A DNA stretch of 64,000 nucleotides, from contig DAHWNL010000014.1 in assembly GCA_027339965.1 (NCBI GenBank), positions 32,001 to 96,000 of the forward strand, read 5' to 3'. A program made the position numbers and the translations under genes. Within the stretch, counting starts at the first letter, position 1. Each line of letters starts with the position of its first letter. A model generated the notes under the pieces. That model made no database searches and had not been told where the DNA came from. It saw nothing but the letters and a program-made list of their open reading frames with translations. Of the stretch, positions 59,617 through 64,000 are shown one piece after another. The stretch comes from Granulicella sp. Its GTDB lineage: Bacteria; Acidobacteriota; Terriglobia; Terriglobales; Acidobacteriaceae.

Positions 59617-59767
59617 CAGATTTTGGGCCGTGCGGTGGATCGCGCCTGCGGCCCTGCTCCGCAGCGATGGTCCGCAGCGGCCGGCAAGGCTGCGGCCGTA
59701 GGCTACAATCAAAGGGCTGGGCTGTTTTCAGCAGTCCCCACACTTCCCCTAGAACCAGGAGTTTTCC

Positions 59768-60328
59768 ATGGCGATTCCGGCCACACAGATGCGCCCCGGC
59801 ATGATTATCAAGTTCAAGGATGACCTTCATTTGGTCTTCAGCGTCGAGCACCGGACGCCGGGCAACCTGCGCGCATTTATCCAGGCAAAGCTGAAGAATG
59901 TGCGAACCGGCGCCATGTTTACCGAGAGATTTCGCTCGCCGGATCCGATCGAGAGAGTGCATGTGGATTCGGTGAAAATGGAGTACCTGTACAACGACGG
60001 GGACGACTACTACTTCATGGATCAGAACACCTTTGAACAGATTGCGCTGAAGCGGGACACTTTGGGCGACTCGGTGGAGTATCTCACTGCCAACCTGTTG
60101 ATTGAGGTGAGCTTCCATGACGGCAAGCCGGTGGGTATCGAGCTGCCGACGGCAGTGGAGATGACCGTGGTGGAGACCGAGCCGGGGATCAAGTCGGCGA
60201 CGGCCAGCTCAGTGACCAAGCCGGCCAAGATGGAGACGGGACTGGTGGTGCAGGTGCCGCCCTTTATCAATGAGGGTGAGCGGATCCGCGTGGATACGGC
60301 CGAAGGCGCGTATATGAGCCGGGCTTGA
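59768..60328 (+). CDS. efp: Translation elongation factor P
   Basis: HRTPGNLRAFIQAKLKN, EYLYNDG, YFMD..TFEQ, TKPAKMETGLVVQVPPFINEGE.IRVDT. Confidence 0.96.
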   Translation: MAIPATQMRPGMIIKFKDDLHLVFSVEHRTPGNLRAFIQAKLKNVRTGAMFTERFRSPDPIERVHVDSVKMEYLYNDGDDYYFMDQNTFEQIALKRDTLGDSVEYLTANLLIEVSFHDGKPVGIELPTAVEMTVVETEPGIKSATASSVTKPAKMETGLVVQVPPFINEGERIRVDTAEGAYMSRA

Positions 60329-60465
60329 GATCTCGTGGAACCAGCGCCGAGGCGAAGAACGAGACGGCGCAAGTTGGGCGGCGGCCAAAGGACGCACGCA
60401 ATAGGTTGGGGAATCTCTGATCCCGGACTGCGCTTTTCAACAAACTCCCTGGCATGGAGGCTTCC

Positions 60466-60747
60466 ATGGTGATCCACTTCCTGATTCGCGGGCGGGTGCA
60501 GGGCGTTGGGTTTCGCTGGTTCGTGCAACGTGAGGCCGCGGAGCTGGGGCTGCGCGGCTGGGTGCGGAATACCGACACGGGCGAGGTCGAGGTGGTCGCG
60601 GCGGGAGAAGCCGACGCGATCCAGGACTTGCGCGCGGAGCTGCGCAAGGGCCCACGTGGGAGCCGCGTGGATGGATTGATCGAGCACGAGCTGGTAGAGG
60701 CCGAGGGCGCGGCGCTTGGCGAGTTCCAAATTGAAGGAGCCTGGTAA
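60466..60747 (+). CDS. acyP: Acylphosphatase
   Basis: [27 protein letters not shown]. Confidence 0.93.
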   Translation: MVIHFLIRGRVQGVGFRWFVQREAAELGLRGWVRNTDTGEVEVVAAGEADAIQDLRAELRKGPRGSRVDGLIEHELVEAEGAALGEFQIEGAW

Positions 60748-60751
60748 CGAT

Positions 60752-61291
60752 ATGGAAAAACCAATTGATTGCGAGTCATTGAAGCAGAAGATCCGAGCGG
60801 TGCCGGATTTTCCCAAGCCCGGGATTTTGTTCTACGACATCACCACCCTGCTCAAGGACAAGGCGGGCTTTGCGCAGTTGATCGATGCCTTCTCGCAGTA
60901 CTACATCGACAAGAAGGTGGACCTGGTGCTGGGCATTGAGGCGCGGGGGTTTATCTTTGGCCCTGCGCTGGCCTACCGCTTGAATGCAGGATTTGTGCCG
61001 GTGCGCAAACCCGGCAAACTGCCGGCCGCGGTAGAGAAGGTGAAGTATGACCTGGAGTACGGCAGCGATTCGCTGGAGATCCACAAGGACGCCATCCAGC
61101 CGGGTCAGCGGGTGATCATTGTGGATGACCTGCTGGCGACGGGAGGCACCATGGATGCGACCATGGACCTGGCCAAGCGCATGGGCGGCGAGATTGTGGG
61201 AATTGCGGTCGCCATCGAGCTGGATTTCCTGAAGGGACGGCAGAGGTTCCCCGGGATCGACGTCCTGAGCCTGATGCACTACGACGAATAA
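60752..61291 (+). CDS. apt: Adenine phosphoribosyltransferase
   Basis: PDFPKPGILFYDITTL, IEARGF, RKPGKLP, YDLEYG, VDDLLATGGT. Confidence 0.96.
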   Translation: MEKPIDCESLKQKIRAVPDFPKPGILFYDITTLLKDKAGFAQLIDAFSQYYIDKKVDLVLGIEARGFIFGPALAYRLNAGFVPVRKPGKLPAAVEKVKYDLEYGSDSLEIHKDAIQPGQRVIIVDDLLATGGTMDATMDLAKRMGGEIVGIAVAIELDFLKGRQRFPGIDVLSLMHYDE

Positions 61292-61515
61292 AGAGTCTCC
61301 CGATGGAGCCCCAGGAGATGGAGCTCCAGGAGATGGAGCCCCAAGAAGGGTCGATGCGCCTGCCTCAAGCGATGCGTCCGATCATCCGTCCGTTCGTCGG
61401 TCCGGTTGCGGCGGAAGCCTCGAGGAAATCCCGAGCAAGCCTCGAGGAAACCCCGATCGGTTGGCTCGCGTCGCCGCGCCTTTCGCCCGGCGGCCCTGGG
61501 GTGCGTGCATCGAGC

Positions 61516-62238
61516 TCACCAAGGATGACCCGCGCCCCGCGCTCTCCAGTATAGATTCAACAGCATGGCCAGCACCGAGGTGAAGATCCCCGCCAGGGCC
61601 ATGGCGAGGGATGACACCGAGCCCCGCACCTCCGAGCTGCGAAAGAGAGACGCCGTTCCGATGGCGTGTGAGGAGGCGCCGACGGCGGCCCCGACCGCAT
61701 GGTCATGCGGGATGCGCACCAAGCGCAGAATGCCGGGGCCGATGACGCTTCCCAGCAGGCCGGTGAGCAGCACCATGGCCGCTGTAATGGCAGGGTCGCC
61801 ATGCAGACTGCGAGAGACCTCAATGGCGATGGGTGTGGTCACGGACTTGGGCAACGCGGACATCACCATCTGGTGCGAGGCTCCGCAGAGGCTGGCGACG
61901 CCGCCGGCGGTGCCCATTCCCACCGCGGAGCCCGCAAAAACCACCAGGCTGAGCCGTGGCAGGGTCGCCTTCAGCTTGATTCCCTGCTTGTACATGGGCA
62001 CCCCCAGGGCCACGGTGGCCGGGCCCAGAAGAATGGTGAAGACGCCTCCGCCCGTGTTGTAAGAGGCATAGGGAATATGCAAGGCCCAAAGAAGAAAGAT
62101 CAGCGCGACAGAGGCCGAGAGCAGGGGATGGATCCAGGCCCAGCGCCGGTGCAGGCGCAGGCTGAGAGCATAAACGGCCAGGGTGAGCAGGATGTAGAGC
62201 GCGGGATGGGTGAAGAGGTAAAGGGTCCGGCGAATCAC
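61516..62238 (-). CDS. lrgB: LrgB/CidB-family membrane protein
   Basis: LLGPATVALGVPMY, PKSVTTPIA, GASSHAIGTA. Confidence 0.92.
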   Translation of the reverse strand: MIRRTLYLFTHPALYILLTLAVYALSLRLHRRWAWIHPLLSASVALIFLLWALHIPYASYNTGGGVFTILLGPATVALGVPMYKQGIKLKATLPRLSLVVFAGSAVGMGTAGGVASLCGASHQMVMSALPKSVTTPIAIEVSRSLHGDPAITAAMVLLTGLLGSVIGPGILRLVRIPHDHAVGAAVGASSHAIGTASLFRSSEVRGSVSSLAMALAGIFTSVLAMLLNLYWRARGAGHPW

Positions 62239-62359
62239 GTTGGCGGCTTCCTTGTAGCGGAGTCAGGATGGTCTGGTTGTTCTGGGTGGCCCTGCGGAGA
62301 TGCGGCTGCGCAGCGTCTGCAACCTGCTGGCGGCGGCTGCTCGCGGCTGCCAAGGGACG

Positions 62360-62731
62360 TCAAGGCAGCAGGTCAGCCTCCCGGTTGATCTCGGCTATCT
62401 CTTCATCGCGCAGCAAAAAGTGGGCCAGGCTGCCGGTCGTCAGCAGCACGGCCAGCAGGCTGGCGACCAGGCTGGCCAGCAGCGCCACGCCGTTCTTGCG
62501 CAGTTCGGGGGTCATGGTGGCCAGCCCGGCCATCAGCGGGATGAAGAGAAGCGTCATATGCCGAACCAGCAAGAGCGAGCTGTGCTCTACCCACTCCAGC
62601 CGGATCAGGCCCAGCAGCAGCGCCAGGGTGAACAGGATCAAGCCCAGGACGCTCCCAGGCAAGGGAACGCCAAGACGGTGCAAAGCGACGCCCAGCATCT
62701 CAAAGGCGACGATGATGACGAAACCGAGCAT
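62360..62731 (-). CDS. CidA/LrgA-family holin-like protein
   Basis: PLPGSVLGLILF, HMTLLFIP. Upstream of lrgB on the same strand. Confidence 0.88.
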   Translation of the reverse strand: MLGFVIIVAFEMLGVALHRLGVPLPGSVLGLILFTLALLLGLIRLEWVEHSSLLLVRHMTLLFIPLMAGLATMTPELRKNGVALLASLVASLLAVLLTTGSLAHFLLRDEEIAEINREADLLP

Positions 62732-62888
62732 GCGAGGAACTCCTTTCAGCGGTTGCCGGCTGGAATGTGATTGTCCACCAGGGACGGGCGCGGCGGAGGG
62801 CGTCCGCGGAAAGCTGGGAGCGGAAGCGATGGGTCATTGCCCTTACGCCTGCCTACACAGGCCCGTTCTGAATTCCTTCAGCATGCCT

Positions 62889-63815
62889 TCAGGATGCCCT
62901 CGATGCCGCGTTGCCATCCTGTGCCGCCGTGGCGCTCGGCGCCATGCCGTCTGAACTCTCGGATGCAAGAGCCGACAGGTCAAGATCTCCGATCGAGTCC
63001 ACGCGGGCTGCAAAGAGCCTCTCGGCCGCAGCGGCCAACGGAGTCGCCGCGGAGGGCGCTGCGTTGGATACCAGCTTGAGGTCCTTGCTCATCAGCCGGA
63101 GTGGAAACTCCGGCGAGTAGTCGCCGTTGCCAATCTTGGGGAACTTGCCCAGGAAGGCCGGGGCGACGGCGGCTGAGTGGGAGAGGACATCCAGCAGGAC
63201 GCTCTGCGGCAGGTCCAGATGCCGGCCCAACGAGAGGGCTTCGGCGATGGCCGCCATCCCGACGCCTAGCAGAAGGTTGACCACTAGCTTCATCTTCACT
63301 CCCGAGCCTCCCGGACCAACCAGAAACCACTGCCTGGCGAGCGTTTCGAAGATGGGGGTGCAAGCCTCGAAGGTCGCCTGATCTCCGCCCGCCAGCAGGG
63401 TGATGGTCTCAGCTTCCACCGCGGGGGTTGAGCCGGCGATGGGCAGATCCAGCATTGGCAGGCGGCACCGGGTCGCCTCCCGATGAAGCTCTCGAGATAG
63501 CTCCCAGGAGATGGTGCTCATCTCCAACAGGATGCTGCCTGGCCGGGCGGATTCCAGCACGCCGCTCGGGCCGAAGTAAACCTGCTGCACAGCCTCGTCG
63601 TTGGCCAGGCAGGACAGAATCACGTCCGAAGTGGCGCAGAGAGAGGCGAGCGAGGCTGCCCGGGCAACACCCTGGCTCGCCGTCTGCTCATCCTTCCGCG
63701 GGCTGCGGTTCCATGCCTGCACTTGCCAACCGTTCGCGTGGAGCCGGCTGGAGAGCCGGCTGCCCATCAAGCCTAGACCAAGAAATCCAAGTTGGGTTTT
63801 ACTGATATTCATCAT
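62889..63815 (-). CDS. NAD(P)-dependent oxidoreductase (3-hydroxyisobutyrate dehydrogenase family)
   Basis: GFLGLGLMG, WNRS, EMSTI, PIAGS, MKLVVN, FPLRLMSKDL. Confidence 0.9.
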   Translation of the reverse strand: MMNISKTQLGFLGLGLMGSRLSSRLHANGWQVQAWNRSPRKDEQTASQGVARAASLASLCATSDVILSCLANDEAVQQVYFGPSGVLESARPGSILLEMSTISWELSRELHREATRCRLPMLDLPIAGSTPAVEAETITLLAGGDQATFEACTPIFETLARQWFLVGPGGSGVKMKLVVNLLLGVGMAAIAEALSLGRHLDLPQSVLLDVLSHSAAVAPAFLGKFPKIGNGDYSPEFPLRLMSKDLKLVSNAAPSAATPLAAAAERLFAARVDSIGDLDLSALASESSDGMAPSATAAQDGNAASRAS

Positions 63816-64000
63816 GGTTGTATCGGTTTGTCCCTTCAGACTCGTCCATTTCACTTTGCCTGCGTGAGAGGGGGAGCGCTCGGCGACGGCCCTGATGAAA
63901 TGATGGAAATCGCGAAAGCTGAGGCCCAAGGCGTCGCTAAATCGTTTTCAGTGCAGGTGTAACGCGACGCCTCGACCTCTATGGGCGTTTTCCCCAATGA

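Noticed and set aside
1..64000. CRISPR array or rRNA
   Set aside because: All repeats found are 2-4 adjacent copies without unique spacers. No cas genes and no rRNA-like sequence.

Overview
GC-rich bacterial chromosome segment, very probably from Acidobacteriota (Terriglobia/Acidobacteriaceae-like), inferred from the acidobacterial-type VWA protein, the large Ig-repeat surface protein and an EF-P with a PGN loop. All family assignments are from motif recognition by eye, not database searches. From left to right: ABC ATPase, ComEA-like protein and two lipoproteins (0-4 kb); a partial Wzx/Wzy-type polysaccharide locus (4-10.6 kb); the remnant of a primase-type integrative element with an XRE regulator, a RelE-type toxin-antitoxin pair, a DUF6429-like gene and a structured end (10.6-12.7 kb); a DabAB-type inorganic-carbon pump with a divergent LysR (12.7-17.7 kb); assorted metabolic genes (cation/H+ antiporter, aldo-keto reductase, GH75-like hydrolase, sulfatase, exported adenosine deaminase, glgP, bcp, polysaccharide deacetylase); tRNA-Arg(CCG); the gcvT-H-PA-(orf)-PB operon; a 2047-aa surface protein; then housekeeping genes (glgC, tatA, pgsA, gdh, trpE/G, efp, acyP, apt, cidA/lrgB). 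The most interesting signals are: (1) a C-terminal 'split Ig domain + transmembrane hairpin + internal lipobox' module that looks like an uncharacterised surface-anchoring system; (2) a chimeric primase/glycosyltransferase ORF marking a microhomology deletion; (3) one base change that removes both an antitoxin stop codon and a toxin start codon; (4) a DAB carbon pump next to a mobile-element remnant; (5) recurrent 15-18 bp tandem duplications alongside several decaying accessory genes.
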